Shown: positions 8,488 through 18,746, numbered from the stretch's first letter. The stretch: 64,000 nt of DNA from Planctomycetota bacterium (GCA_016776905.1 JADHSM010000001.1:45743-109742); one strand, 5' to 3'. The notes: generated from the letters alone by a model not told the origin. Translations and numbers: made by a program.

Positions 8488-9705
8488 TTATCCCATACTC
8501 CTCAACGCTTCAGTGGGACGATATCCCAGAAACGGAATTCCGGCGCTGAGCCCCGCTGTGATGCCCAGTGCGCTTGAAGTGGCGAGAGCCAATAACATCA
8601 GATTGGAATCGATTTTGTAATTGCGGATGTTTGCTCCGAAGAGATCTTGAACGAGACCTTCGGTTCCCACTGCCAACGATAGACCCAGGGCACCTCCGAT
8701 GAGTGCGACCATCAATCCCTCGAAGATGAGTAGAAAAGTACTCGTGAGAGGAGTGAAACCGAGTGCTTGAAGAATCCCAGACTCTTTCAGTCGTTGTCGA
8801 CCTGCGATGAGCATGGCATTGACCACTGAGAAGAAGATCGAGAAAAGAACGGCTCCGCCAATCGTCCCCAAAAAGAGGGGCAGGTTTCCTATGGCAGAGA
8901 CAAAGAAAGAGGCAAAGGCTGCTTCTGTAATGGTCTGAGTTCTTTGAGGTCCGTTTAGGAACTCCTCATCGATGGTGGAAGCCACGACATCGCCGATGTC
9001 TCCACTGTCGATATTGATGTAATAAACACCTGCAGCAATATCACCGATGGCTTCGCCCGATTCGATGGAGGTATTGAGGTAATCGGAACGAAAGTACATC
9101 ACCTGATCAGGGATACGTTCTTTCAAGGGGCGGAATATTCCGACGATGATGAACTCCCAAGAACCTCCATCTGCTCTTTGATAGATGGCTGGAACGATGG
9201 GAACAGTGTCACCGACTTTGAAACTATATTTTTCTTCATCTTTCAGGCCTACGCCGATAATGGCAGCTCTGCGATCACTGTTGAGCGCTTTTTGTACAGC
9301 AGCTCTTGCTCCTGGGCCGGTGATGCCATCGGGACCTTCGATGATCTCGATGTCTTTCTCGTACATTTCGAGAAAGCGGTTTTGATTGACGGCAAACTGG
9401 GGAAAGAAGTTGGAAGGGTCCTGATAGTAACCCCCGAACCAACGGAACTCGCTGGAAAGAGCGACACCGTCGACGGCATCTATCTTGGGTTGATATGACA
9501 TCGGTAGACTGACAAAGAGGCTGACCGCGGATTGAGTCACGAGACGAGTGGCTGAAGCACTTCTGACTCCAGCATCAATTCCCTTGACGACGGCCAACAG
9601 GAAGCACAGCAAAAAGACAGCGATAGTGATGGCGAGAATGGTCAGCCCATTACGGGTTTTGCTGGCCAAAATATGCCGCAGAGCGAGGCGAACAGGGAAA
9701 ACCAA
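8488..9705 (-). CDS. ABC transporter permease, FtsX/MacB family
   Basis: 405 aa with the same architecture. It sits 2 nt from the flanking genes on both sides. Confidence 0.75.
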   Translation of the reverse strand: MVFPVRLALRHILASKTRNGLTILAITIAVFLLCFLLAVVKGIDAGVRSASATRLVTQSAVSLFVSLPMSYQPKIDAVDGVALSSEFRWFGGYYQDPSNFFPQFAVNQNRFLEMYEKDIEIIEGPDGITGPGARAAVQKALNSDRRAAIIGVGLKDEEKYSFKVGDTVPIVPAIYQRADGGSWEFIIVGIFRPLKERIPDQVMYFRSDYLNTSIESGEAIGDIAAGVYYINIDSGDIGDVVASTIDEEFLNGPQRTQTITEAAFASFFVSAIGNLPLFLGTIGGAVLFSIFFSVVNAMLIAGRQRLKESGILQALGFTPLTSTFLLIFEGLMVALIGGALGLSLAVGTEGLVQDLFGANIRNYKIDSNLMLLALATSSALGITAGLSAGIPFLGYRPTEALRSMG

Positions 9706-9706
9706 A

Positions 9707-10408
9707 TTAGGCCCCTTCCCGCGTTTGATCTGACACGAGTGTTCCTTTGTCCAATTTGAGGAGTCGTCGTGCGCTGGCAGCAGCTGCCGGGTCGTGGGTC
9801 ACCATCAGAATGGTTTTTCCCATTTCGGAATTCAGGCGATCGAGTATTTGAAGAATCTCGTCAGCACTACTGCGATCAAGGTCCCCAGTGGGTTCGTCCG
9901 CGATGATGACGTCCGGATCAGTGGCGATGGCGCGAGCGATGGCGACTCTTTGCTCCTGTCCCCCCGAAAGTTGGGAAGGGCGATGGCTGGCTCGATCGGA
10001 TAAGCCGACGATTTCCAATGCGAAGTCTGCCTGTATCTTTCGCTCTGACTTAGAGAGGGGAGTGAGCTGAAGAGGTAGCATCACATTTTCATGAGCGGTG
10101 AGCACTGGCAGGAGATTGAAAGATTGAAAAACGAATCCGACATGGCGAGCTCGCCATGCAGGAAGTTGGCTTTTCGGCATATTGGCGACTTCTGTATCCG
10201 CCACTGAAACCTTGCCTGAATCGGGGACGTCGAGACCTCCGACAAGATTGAGAATGGTGGTTTTCCCCGATCCGCTGGGCCCCATGAGTGCGACGTAGTC
10301 GCCTTCGGGAACTTTAAGATCGAGGGCATCTAGGACGACCAGTTCTTCTCCGCCGCGGGAGTACTTCTTGGTCACACCGTCCAATTGAATGTATGTCTTT
10401 TCGCTCAT
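9707..10408 (-). CDS. ABC transporter ATP-binding protein (MacB/LolD-like)
   Basis: Walker [10 protein letters not shown], signature [14 protein letters not shown], Walker [12 protein letters not shown]. Confidence 0.9.
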   Translation of the reverse strand: MSEKTYIQLDGVTKKYSRGGEELVVLDALDLKVPEGDYVALMGPSGSGKTTILNLVGGLDVPDSGKVSVADTEVANMPKSQLPAWRARHVGFVFQSFNLLPVLTAHENVMLPLQLTPLSKSERKIQADFALEIVGLSDRASHRPSQLSGGQEQRVAIARAIATDPDVIIADEPTGDLDRSSADEILQILDRLNSEMGKTILMVTHDPAAAASARRLLKLDKGTLVSDQTREGA

Positions 10409-11586
10409 GGTTTACTCTTCCCGACTTTTACGGCATCTCCAGCTTTGAGTCCTGGGTCTGGATCCATGACCACGGTCTCGCCACCGATCAATCCCGACCC
10501 CACTTCAATCAGAGAGTCATCGAAATCGTCACGGAGGGTGAGGGGTCTCTTCTCAAGCAGCCCATCCCGAATGATGAAGACAGCAGGTTCCGACCCTTGA
10601 ATCAGAGCTCTTTTTGAAAGTAGGACCATCGGTGGAGTAGGGTTACTTTCTTCTTCCGAGACAAAGACGACCCGGACTCCAAGTTCAGGAAGTAAGCGCT
10701 CGTCACGTTCCAAGAACTCAGCACGAAGTTCTACGGTCGCTTTTGCCCGACTGGCCGTGGGCCACACTTGACGAACCTGACCGCGATATCCTTCCTCGGG
10801 ATAGGCGTCGAGATATATCAGTAGGGGCGCTCCCACTCTTGCTGCTTCGAGGGCTGTCTGTGACAACTCTATTTGGACTTCCAAGGTGTCGAAATCGACA
10901 AGCGTCGCGACTGAGCCACGGGCGTTTGTTCCACCGCCACTGGCCACAACGACTTCTCCGACCTCTGCATTTTTTTGAACGACCACACCGGAGAATGGGG
11001 CATAGACAGTGGATTTATCGAGTCGAACCATGACCTCCATCAGTGAGGCCTCTAAAGATTGAACTCTTGCCGCCGCACCTTCGAATGAGGCTTCAGCACT
11101 CTCTAAAGCACTCGCTGACACGTCTTCAGTCTTGGCGAGCTTTTGTTGTCGCTCTAATGCGAGGCGAGTTTGTTTCTCGATGGCTTTTGCAGATTTGATT
11201 TCAGCCTGCAGTCTCTTTTGCCCTGCTTCCAGTTCTCGAGAATCGAGTCGTGCCACGACGTCTCCTTCGGAGACTCGAGATCCTTCTTCGACATTGAGCT
11301 CGACCAGTCGCCCTGGAATGTCTGTCGACAATGCCGCACGTCTTCGTGGGACGATGTAGCCATTGGCCGCAGTGCCTGTTCGTGCTTTTGCACCTCCGCG
11401 TCGCTGGACTCGTACGCTTTGCACGACAGTGTCATCGGAGGTTTGGAGTTGGGGGATTTCTTTCCAGGCGATGTAACTGCCTAGAATGATGAATAGAATC
11501 AGCGGCCATTTCGAAGAGCTTACTTTTGGAGTTCTATCGATCTTTAGGCGCGAAAGGTCAGGCTTCTTGTCTGGAACTTCTGACAA
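10405..11586 (-). CDS. HlyD-family periplasmic adaptor (membrane fusion protein)
   Basis: N-terminal TM anchor, a long coiled coil (LEAGQKRLQAEIKSAKAIEKQTRLALERQQ) and a beta-barrel C-terminus. Its stop overlaps the ATPase start. Confidence 0.8.
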   Translation of the reverse strand: MSEVPDKKPDLSRLKIDRTPKVSSSKWPLILFIILGSYIAWKEIPQLQTSDDTVVQSVRVQRRGGAKARTGTAANGYIVPRRRAALSTDIPGRLVELNVEEGSRVSEGDVVARLDSRELEAGQKRLQAEIKSAKAIEKQTRLALERQQKLAKTEDVSASALESAEASFEGAAARVQSLEASLMEVMVRLDKSTVYAPFSGVVVQKNAEVGEVVVASGGGTNARGSVATLVDFDTLEVQIELSQTALEAARVGAPLLIYLDAYPEEGYRGQVRQVWPTASRAKATVELRAEFLERDERLLPELGVRVVFVSEEESNPTPPMVLLSKRALIQGSEPAVFIIRDGLLEKRPLTLRDDFDDSLIEVGSGLIGGETVVMDPDPGLKAGDAVKVGKSKP

Positions 11587-11703
11587 TGGACTCTCGATCT
11601 CATAAACGGTGGCTCGGCTATCAGTTGGATTTCCTCATCGAGTTTGGCCCGATTCGGACACGCGGTGGATTATAGACACTCTGAACGATGCCGGGATAGT
11701 CAA

Positions 11704-12729
11704 TTACCAACCCCGCTTCTCTTTCTCTGAGCGAATCTGCTTGTCGAGTCCGGAAATGGTTCGTTGCTCGGGATTGGGGTTTCCAGGGAAATGAGATTCT
11801 CTTTGAAGCGGGTAGGCCTCACTTCGTAAATGAAGTGGCATGGCATGTCCTTGCCGCCTCTGTCGCTCTTCGCGGATAACTCCGAGGGCGATAGGCCCGA
11901 TCACAGAAGCCTGACCCGGGCCTTCTGCGGCACGTGATAGAACTCGTCCATCCATGTCGACGATCATGCTCGATCCTGGCCACGAGAAGGGAGGGTAGTT
12001 TTCGGCGGAGGCTCCCTGATTGCAGGCGACGACAGCCGCGAGATTTTCGACGGCTCGACTTCTGTTGATCAATGTCCACCAGTCCATGGGTTCTGTTGCT
12101 CCCCACGGATCCATGTAAGCACTGATGCGAATTAAAACTTCTGCGCCACCCAGAGTCAGTTCTCGACAGGTCTCGGGAAAGAGCCAGTCGTAGCATGTGG
12201 CCACGCCCAGTTTTCCGATGTCGGTTTCTGTGACTGGAAACATCGGTTCGTCGTATCCCGGTATATCGTGCGGACTGGTGTGGACTTCCCAGGGAATCCA
12301 TGGGTTGACCTTACGATATCGACTGGCGATCTCGCCTTCGGGAGAGATCAATACCGTTGTGTTGAAGAGCGCATCAGGCCAGCGAGGATCGATCTCCAGA
12401 AAGGATCCGCTCTGGATCCATACACCATGTTTTTTAGCCACTTTCCCTAGGCGTTCTGTGTGCTCATTGGGAACTTCAACGGCCAGTTTTTCTGTCAGTT
12501 CTGCAACGGTTTCATAGATGGGCCCGGCGTGAGCGAACTCTGGGAAAACCACCAAACGGATATCATGGAATGGTTTGTATCCGATCACTGTGTTTTCAAG
12601 TTGTTCTATGAGGCGAGTCGTGACTGCGGACATCTCATCCCGGTGGCGTGGGTGAGGATGGTCTGTTTGGCAGCAAGCGGCGTAATAAATCATCGGTACC
12701 TTATCTCCACTCGTTTGACCTTCGCTCAT
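11704..12729 (-). CDS. Carbon-nitrogen hydrolase, aliphatic amidase/formamidase (AmiE/AmiF) family
   Basis: Blocks VFPEF...RYRKVNPWIPWE...GVATCYDWLFPE...IRISAYM align with formamidase motifs. Confidence 0.7.
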   Translation of the reverse strand: MSEGQTSGDKVPMIYYAACCQTDHPHPRHRDEMSAVTTRLIEQLENTVIGYKPFHDIRLVVFPEFAHAGPIYETVAELTEKLAVEVPNEHTERLGKVAKKHGVWIQSGSFLEIDPRWPDALFNTTVLISPEGEIASRYRKVNPWIPWEVHTSPHDIPGYDEPMFPVTETDIGKLGVATCYDWLFPETCRELTLGGAEVLIRISAYMDPWGATEPMDWWTLINRSRAVENLAAVVACNQGASAENYPPFSWPGSSMIVDMDGRVLSRAAEGPGQASVIGPIALGVIREERQRRQGHAMPLHLRSEAYPLQRESHFPGNPNPEQRTISGLDKQIRSEKEKRGW

Positions 12730-12761
12730 ATTGACCTTCGCTCATTTTGGACTTCGCTCAT
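12714..12761. repeat. 16-bp x3 tandem repeat spanning the amidase start codon
   Basis: The units tttgaccttcgctcat, attgaccttcgctcat and tttggacttcgctcat each carry ATG plus GAGCGAAGG on the minus strand. Confidence 0.85.
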
Positions 12762-12846
12762 GGGCTGTATCGTTCTTCTGCTGACGTAGTTTTAGGGTTG
12801 AAGACCATTGCCCACGGTCACATGTGTCTGTGATCATAACTTCTTT

Positions 12847-14142
12847 TTAACGTGTCAGGCAGGAGGTTCGAAGAATCAATCCCTGACGTTGGCGTGGAAT
12901 TCCGGGAGAATCGGGATTTTTTTTCTGTTGTAGAGCGAGAGCACTGCCCCGAAGTAACAGACCATGACCATGTTGTTCACGAACGCGATCAACCTGAGGT
13001 AATAATTTTTGCCAGTTTGACTGTTGTCGTTTTTGGAAGTGGGATTCTTCGACTCCGATCGCTGCTGGTGGTCCGTCTTCTAAGACCGTAGATGTGTCAT
13101 CGAAAAGAGTTCCTTGCTCTGCGGAGGAGACGGGTTGGATCTTATCGAGGATCAGACCAATGAACCGAATGGCGGTTCTTCTTTTTTGTAGCGTTCGCCT
13201 CAATCGAAGAACAATCCTGATCAGATCAGGGTCGAGTTGGCTGGGGAATTTCAAAGATTCTCGTCGTCGATCGCGAATATGGTCACTGTAGGCGATTTGT
13301 ACCGAGACTCCGCCTGCCATTAATCCACGCTTTCGAAGATCAGAAGCGGCTCTCTCGGTGAGATATTCCAGCATGGCATCCAGAGTTCGTGGGCAAGAAA
13401 CATCCTCATCAAATGAAGTTCCTCGCTGAAGAGTTCGGGGGATTTCTTTGCCACCGATACTGCGATGATCTTCTCCTCGGCAGCGTTGATAAAGTGTTTC
13501 TCCATTCCTTCCGAGAAGGCCTTTCAAAGCTGGGGCTGAAAGTTGTCTCAATTGGGATATGGTCTCGATGCCTAGGCGACCGAGCTTTTCAGTGGTACGA
13601 GGACCGACTCCCGGAAGATCTCCGACCGTCATCGATAGAAGCAGATCTTCTTCATTCTCGGGACGGATGAGTCCTATACCGTTCGGCTTGTGGTCTCGAC
13701 CGATGAGTCTTGCGAACATACGATTTCTTCCCAATCCAACGGTGACGGTCAGCCCTGTGGATTCAGTGACTTCCCGACAGAGGCGTTCTGCTTCGTGGAC
13801 AGGGTTCGGAAATATTCGTCGGGTTCCCGAGAGGTCGCAGTAGGCTTCATCGAGATGTTCTTCGACACGGGGAGATAGCGTTTCACAGATGTCAAAAAGG
13901 CGCCGTGCATAGGCTCGATAGATGGTTTCGCGTCCACGAACGATGATGAGATTTGGGCAACGACGTAGCGCTTTCCCGAGCGGCATTCCTGCACGAAGTC
14001 CGTGTTCCCGAGCTTCATAGGAGCACGAGGCGATGACGCCGCTACCCACGGCAACGGGTTTACCGCTCAGTCGGGGATTTCGAATCTGTTCGACGGAAGC
14101 AAAAAAGGCGTCGATGTCGACGTGTAAGATGAGGGAATCCAT
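12847..14142 (-). CDS. dinB: Y-family DNA polymerase IV (DinB) with a C-terminal extension
   Basis: MDSLILHVDIDAFFASVEQ, LDEAYCDL and SMTVGDLPGVGPRTTEKLGRLGIETI are present. A clamp-binding-like QGTLF is followed by about 90 low-complexity residues. Confidence 0.85.
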   Translation of the reverse strand: MDSLILHVDIDAFFASVEQIRNPRLSGKPVAVGSGVIASCSYEAREHGLRAGMPLGKALRRCPNLIIVRGRETIYRAYARRLFDICETLSPRVEEHLDEAYCDLSGTRRIFPNPVHEAERLCREVTESTGLTVTVGLGRNRMFARLIGRDHKPNGIGLIRPENEEDLLLSMTVGDLPGVGPRTTEKLGRLGIETISQLRQLSAPALKGLLGRNGETLYQRCRGEDHRSIGGKEIPRTLQRGTSFDEDVSCPRTLDAMLEYLTERAASDLRKRGLMAGGVSVQIAYSDHIRDRRRESLKFPSQLDPDLIRIVLRLRRTLQKRRTAIRFIGLILDKIQPVSSAEQGTLFDDTSTVLEDGPPAAIGVEESHFQKRQQSNWQKLLPQVDRVREQHGHGLLLRGSALALQQKKNPDSPGIPRQRQGLILRTSCLTR

Positions 14143-14170
14143 GGCACTCCTTGTCGGTGGGAAGAGCGAG

Positions 14171-14194
14171 CATAGCGAACATCTGTTCGCTATG
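14171..14194. promoter_or_regulatory. Putative LexA operator (Cheo-type CGAAC-N4-GTTCG) upstream of dinB
   Basis: Perfect 24-bp palindrome catagcGAACatctGTTCgctatg, ending 29 bp upstream of the dinB ATG at 14142. Confidence 0.65.
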
Positions 14195-14309
14195 CACCAT
14201 CCTTGTTGTGGTCACTTGTTCTGGAAGGTCCATCCCCTCAATATGCCCTATAACTGCGATATTCAGCTATTTGAAGACCGGTTTTGCGAATAGCCGGGGA
14301 AGAGGGAGA

Positions 14310-15131
14310 GTGGACGTGGAAGTTCTGTGCAGGGAGGGGGTCGACGAAAAGGGGATAGAAACCCTGATTCTCGATCGGCCCGAAACGATGAATAGCCTGA
14401 ATGGCACCATGGTTTCTGAGTTGGCCATCGTTCTGAGGGAAATCTCTGAAGATTCGGCGGTGCGTGTATTACGAATCAAGGGGCAAGGCCGCGGCTTCAT
14501 GGCCGGGGGCGACCTCCGCTGGTTCGCCGGAATGTTCGAAGCCGAACCGGATCCCCAGCGTCGCCAAGAAGTGGTGCTTGAGGAGATACGTAAGGTTCAT
14601 GAGAGTATTCAACTGATCGACGCCATGGAATTCCCTGTTGTTGCGCAGGTTCATGGCGCTTGCGCCGGTTTTGGCCTGAGTTTGGCGACCGCTTGCGACC
14701 TGGTGATGTGTGCCAGTGATTGCAAAGTAACGTTGGCTTACAGCGGAATCGGTACGAGCCCCGATGGAGGATCGACATTTCAATTGCTCCGTCGTGTCGG
14801 GCGTCAGAGAGCGATGCAATTGGCTTTGCTCAATGAAAGAATCAACGGAGAAACTGCCGTCGATTGGGGATTGTTCTCGCGTGCTGTTCCCACTGAAGAG
14901 TTAGAAGCGGCGACGAGACAGTGGTGTGAGCAACTAGCGGATGGTCCGGCGAAAGCTTTGGCGAGAACACGGAGACTCTTACGGTCACCCCAGTATGATT
15001 TGACAGATGCTCTCGAGGCGGAAGCCCGATCCTTTAGTGAATGCGCAGGAGGTCACGAATTCCCGGAAGGTGTTCGTGCGTTCCTCGAAAAAAGAAGACC
15101 CGATTACAGATCTTCGATGGGAGAAAATTGA
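14310..15131 (+). CDS. Enoyl-CoA hydratase/isomerase (crotonase) family protein
   Basis: ILDRPETMNSLNGTMV...GQGRGFMAGGDL...GACAGFGLSLATACD. A GTG at 14310 is preceded by gggaagaggg; the ORF-track start at 14151 reads through the dinB operator region. Confidence 0.7.
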   Translation: MDVEVLCREGVDEKGIETLILDRPETMNSLNGTMVSELAIVLREISEDSAVRVLRIKGQGRGFMAGGDLRWFAGMFEAEPDPQRRQEVVLEEIRKVHESIQLIDAMEFPVVAQVHGACAGFGLSLATACDLVMCASDCKVTLAYSGIGTSPDGGSTFQLLRRVGRQRAMQLALLNERINGETAVDWGLFSRAVPTEELEAATRQWCEQLADGPAKALARTRRLLRSPQYDLTDALEAEARSFSECAGGHEFPEGVRAFLEKRRPDYRSSMGEN

Positions 15132-15995
15132 ATGAGTGAAGCCAATCAACCTCAACTTGCGGGCAAAGTGGTCTTTATCTCCGGTGGCAGCCGAGGGATC
15201 GGTAAGTCCATCGCCTTAAGAGCTGCCAAGGATGGCGCACGGGTCGTCATCGCGGCAAAGACGGTGGATCCTCATCCTCAACTTCCGGGCACGATTCATG
15301 AGACAGCCGAAGAGGTTCGATCTGCCGGTGGTGAAGCGCTCGCCGTAAAGATGGATATCCGAGACGACGATCAGGTGGACGCTGCTGTTCAGCAGGCTGT
15401 GGCCGAGTTCGGAAGAATCGATGTTCTGGTCAATAATGCGAGTGCGATCAATCTGACCCCTGTCTCCGCAACTCCCATGAAGCGTGTGGATCTGATGTTC
15501 GACGTGAATGTGAGGGGAACCTACACGTTGACTCGGGCGGCACTTCCAGCGATGACCTCGCCAGATGGAAATGGGGGACATGTTGTGAATCTGTCTCCAC
15601 CTCTCTCCATGAAACCGGTTTGGTTTGCTCGTCATACGGCTTATACGATTTCAAAATACGGTATGAGTCTGTGTGTCCTGGGAATGAGTGAAGAATTTCG
15701 TTCTGTAGGAATCGCGGTCAACGGTTTGTGGCCCAAAACAGTGATTGATACGGAAGCTCTTCGAATGATTCCAGGGCTGGATCGAAGAGCGACCCGAAAG
15801 CCAGAGATCATGGCAGATGCACTGCATGCTTTGGTCAGTCAGGACCCGAAGACTTGTACAGGTGAGTTCTTCATCGATGAGGAAATATTGGCACGAGTGG
15901 GGATCACTGATCTTTCTGGGTACGATACCGATCCCAACGTTCCACCGATGCCCGATCTTTTTGTCGACACTCCGGACTCGCCTTTTACAGCGTGA
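15132..15995 (+). CDS. SDR family oxidoreductase (HSDL2-like)
   Basis: GKVVFISGGSRGIGKSIA, NNAS and the YTISKYG catalytic motif. The start overlaps the upstream stop (TGAATG). Confidence 0.85.
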   Translation: MSEANQPQLAGKVVFISGGSRGIGKSIALRAAKDGARVVIAAKTVDPHPQLPGTIHETAEEVRSAGGEALAVKMDIRDDDQVDAAVQQAVAEFGRIDVLVNNASAINLTPVSATPMKRVDLMFDVNVRGTYTLTRAALPAMTSPDGNGGHVVNLSPPLSMKPVWFARHTAYTISKYGMSLCVLGMSEEFRSVGIAVNGLWPKTVIDTEALRMIPGLDRRATRKPEIMADALHALVSQDPKTCTGEFFIDEEILARVGITDLSGYDTDPNVPPMPDLFVDTPDSPFTA

Positions 15996-15997
15996 GT

Positions 15998-16468
15998 TCA
16001 AGGTTGCTGAGAGAACTCTTTCAGAGCGGCTCGTACTCCGTCGGCCAGCGGGATTTTTTTTCCGCTGGCGTATTCGACCTCGACGATTCGAGATGATCCG
16101 AGAGCGACGATGCGTTGGTGTGTCAATGAGTCGATACGGTGTTCGAGAGTGTAGCGATCTTCCCCGATATCACCGACTCGTATGAAGGAGACCAATTCCT
16201 CTGGGAAGACCACAGGAGCTCTGAAGATACATTCTACCTTCGCGAGAATCGGACCTGAAAAACTCTCTGGCCCGAGGGACCCGCAACCCATCCTCTGGAA
16301 AGCCTCAAATCGAGTCTCCTCGAACCAGCCTATAAAACGTGTGTTATTGACGTGACCGAGGGCGTCCATATCTCCCCAAGTGACCCTGAGGGGGATCTTT
16401 ATGGGCCAGTAATCTTCACTTGAATCCATTGTTTGGGCATCCTCTCCAAAAAAGTAAGTCTTTCGCAT
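15998..16468 (-). CDS. Hotdog-fold acyl-CoA thioesterase (4HBT/YbgC-like)
   Basis: WGDMDALGHVNNTRFIGWFEETRFEAF is the thioesterase catalytic Asp/His neighbourhood. Confidence 0.6.
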   Translation of the reverse strand: MRKTYFFGEDAQTMDSSEDYWPIKIPLRVTWGDMDALGHVNNTRFIGWFEETRFEAFQRMGCGSLGPESFSGPILAKVECIFRAPVVFPEELVSFIRVGDIGEDRYTLEHRIDSLTHQRIVALGSSRIVEVEYASGKKIPLADGVRAALKEFSQQP

Positions 16469-16924
16469 CGCACACGGGACATGCGTTGCTGTCCAGTGAT
16501 AGCCGGATTCTGCGACCTTGTGAGGTCTGCCGGAGGAAATGTTAATGTTATCTTCGAATCTGGGGAAGGTGTCCCCTTGTCTAAACCCCCTTTAATCCCG
16601 TATCTTCCCCTGATCGTGAGGGGGAGAGAGCATCAGGATGCGTCGCCCCGGAAGTTCCTGCGGGTGGTGTCCAATTTTCCTCTGTCAGATGTTCCATCTG
16701 ATCTTCGGAAATGATCGGGGTTTTTCCTCGGTAAAACATTCCCCCAAGGAAGACGATGGCTCGTCAGTCATCACTTTTTCGAGTGCTGTGTTCTTCGGAA
16801 TAAATCCGAGGCAAGACGAGAGTTTCGTTCGTATGAGATTCTTCATGCGAATCACAATTAGACTTCTGGACCTGCTGATAGTTTTGGCAGAATCTGATTT
16901 GGATAGACTAAGGAGGTACGCCAT

Positions 16925-18733
16925 ATGCGAGGACCCCGATTCCCGCATCCGTCATTGAGTAGAATCACCTATCAATTGGCATTGCTCATACTCGTTACCG
17001 TATTACCAGGTAGCGCACAGGCGATAGATTTTGATCTGATGAATGGACGAGTGACCGGACAGTTTGATACCACAGCGACGATGGGTTTCTCATGGAGAGT
17101 CTCTGATAGAGATCAATCCATCATTGGAACTACAAATGGCGGAACCGCCTATTCGCTCAATGGTGATGACGGAAACCTGAACTACGACAACGGCGACTTC
17201 TTCTCCAAGAACTTCAAGATTCTTCATGAGATCTCCGTTGATTACGAAGAGTACGAGTTTTTCGTTCGCGGATTTTACTTCAGGGATTTCGCTATCTCAG
17301 AGGGGAAAGTCTTGCAAGAGGGGCGTCAGCCTCTGACCGGAAGCTCCGAACGGTTTGCGGGACGCAATGCCGTTCTTCTGGACGCTTGGGTGCGTCGAGA
17401 TTTTGACCTAGGAGATGAGCCCGTATTGCTGACCTTGGGATCGCAGGTGATCAACTGGGGTGAGAGTACCTTCATTCAAAATGGTCTGAATACCGTCAAC
17501 CCAGTGGATGTCTCGAAGCTCAGAGCCGCAGGCTCGGAAATCAAGGAAGCCCTCGTTCCTATTCCGGCCTTGAAGTTCGATTACCAATTGAACGACGTGG
17601 TTTCTCTTCAAGGCTTCTACCAGTTGGGCTGGAGAAAAACCCGTCTTGAGCCTTACGGCACCTTCTTTAGCACCAGTGATATCGCATCACCTGGAGGCAA
17701 TGTTGTTCTTCTCGGTTTCGGAGTGGATCCCGGTGTCATCGATACACCGCCTGGACCTGCCACACCGGGATACAACGCTCCCGTAGGTGTTGGGGTGACA
17801 AGATCCGGTGACCGTGAAGCGAGTGATAGTGGCCAGTATGGACTGTCAGCGCGCTGGGACAGTGATCTCTTCGGGGGGACTGAAGTTGGTTTTTACTACA
17901 CACAGTTGCACAGTCGTCTGCCGTTGATCAGTTCCGTGACCGGAACTCCAGCCGGAGTGGCTGCGGGAGACTACGGAGGTTCTGCGGAATTCTTCCTCGA
18001 GTTCCCCGAAGATATTTCGACTTTGGGAGTCAGCTTCAACTCGGACCTCGGTATGACAGGGTGGGCGATTCAGGGTGAAACTTCTCTGCACCTCGACCAA
18101 CCGTTGCAGGTCGATGACGTGGAAATCCTCTTGGCTTCACTTTCGCCTCTCAACGCTGTATTCGGACAGAATCAGTTAGGGACCTTTGATTACGGAGATA
18201 AGGTTACGGGATATGTGCGCAAGGATGTTGCCCAAGCACAGTTCTCCCTGAGCCGATTGTTCGTGGGTCTCTTTGGAGCTGACCAAGTGGCCCTAGTGGG
18301 TGAATTTGGAGCGACGTTCGTCAATGAGTTTGAGGACCAAGAAGATTTTCGATACGAAGCCGTCGGTACTTACACTTCTGGAAATCCGATCTTTACTTCA
18401 TTGGGGATTCAGCCCGGTACCGAATCTATCGATGCTTTCCCGGATCGATTGTCGATGGGATATCGTCTGCTCTCCAGAGGAACCTACTACAACTTCTTTG
18501 GACCTTTGCCTCTTGTTCCGCAGGTGGCTTACTACCATGACTTCAAAGGTACATCACCGGTTCCAGTAGCGAACTTTATCGAGGGTAGGAAGACCGTCAG
18601 TCTCTCCGTCGGTACGGGAGCTCTAGGTCTTTGGGATGTGCGTCTTGCGTACTCCAATAGTTTCGGTGGGGGACGTTACAACCTTCTGACCGACCGCGAT
18701 TTCATGTCACTCACAGCGAGTTATTCCTTCTAG
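16925..18733 (+). CDS. DUF1302-family outer-membrane beta-barrel protein
   Basis: 602 aa with a signal peptide (ALLILVTVLPGSAQA), alternating beta-strand periodicity and a C-terminal aromatic (F). AAGGAGGT lies 9 nt upstream. It is followed by DUF1329, BNR and RND genes in the order known from proteobacteria. Confidence 0.6.
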   Translation: MRGPRFPHPSLSRITYQLALLILVTVLPGSAQAIDFDLMNGRVTGQFDTTATMGFSWRVSDRDQSIIGTTNGGTAYSLNGDDGNLNYDNGDFFSKNFKILHEISVDYEEYEFFVRGFYFRDFAISEGKVLQEGRQPLTGSSERFAGRNAVLLDAWVRRDFDLGDEPVLLTLGSQVINWGESTFIQNGLNTVNPVDVSKLRAAGSEIKEALVPIPALKFDYQLNDVVSLQGFYQLGWRKTRLEPYGTFFSTSDIASPGGNVVLLGFGVDPGVIDTPPGPATPGYNAPVGVGVTRSGDREASDSGQYGLSARWDSDLFGGTEVGFYYTQLHSRLPLISSVTGTPAGVAAGDYGGSAEFFLEFPEDISTLGVSFNSDLGMTGWAIQGETSLHLDQPLQVDDVEILLASLSPLNAVFGQNQLGTFDYGDKVTGYVRKDVAQAQFSLSRLFVGLFGADQVALVGEFGATFVNEFEDQEDFRYEAVGTYTSGNPIFTSLGIQPGTESIDAFPDRLSMGYRLLSRGTYYNFFGPLPLVPQVAYYHDFKGTSPVPVANFIEGRKTVSLSVGTGALGLWDVRLAYSNSFGGGRYNLLTDRDFMSLTASYSF

Positions 18734-18746
18734 GAGGAGAGTATAT

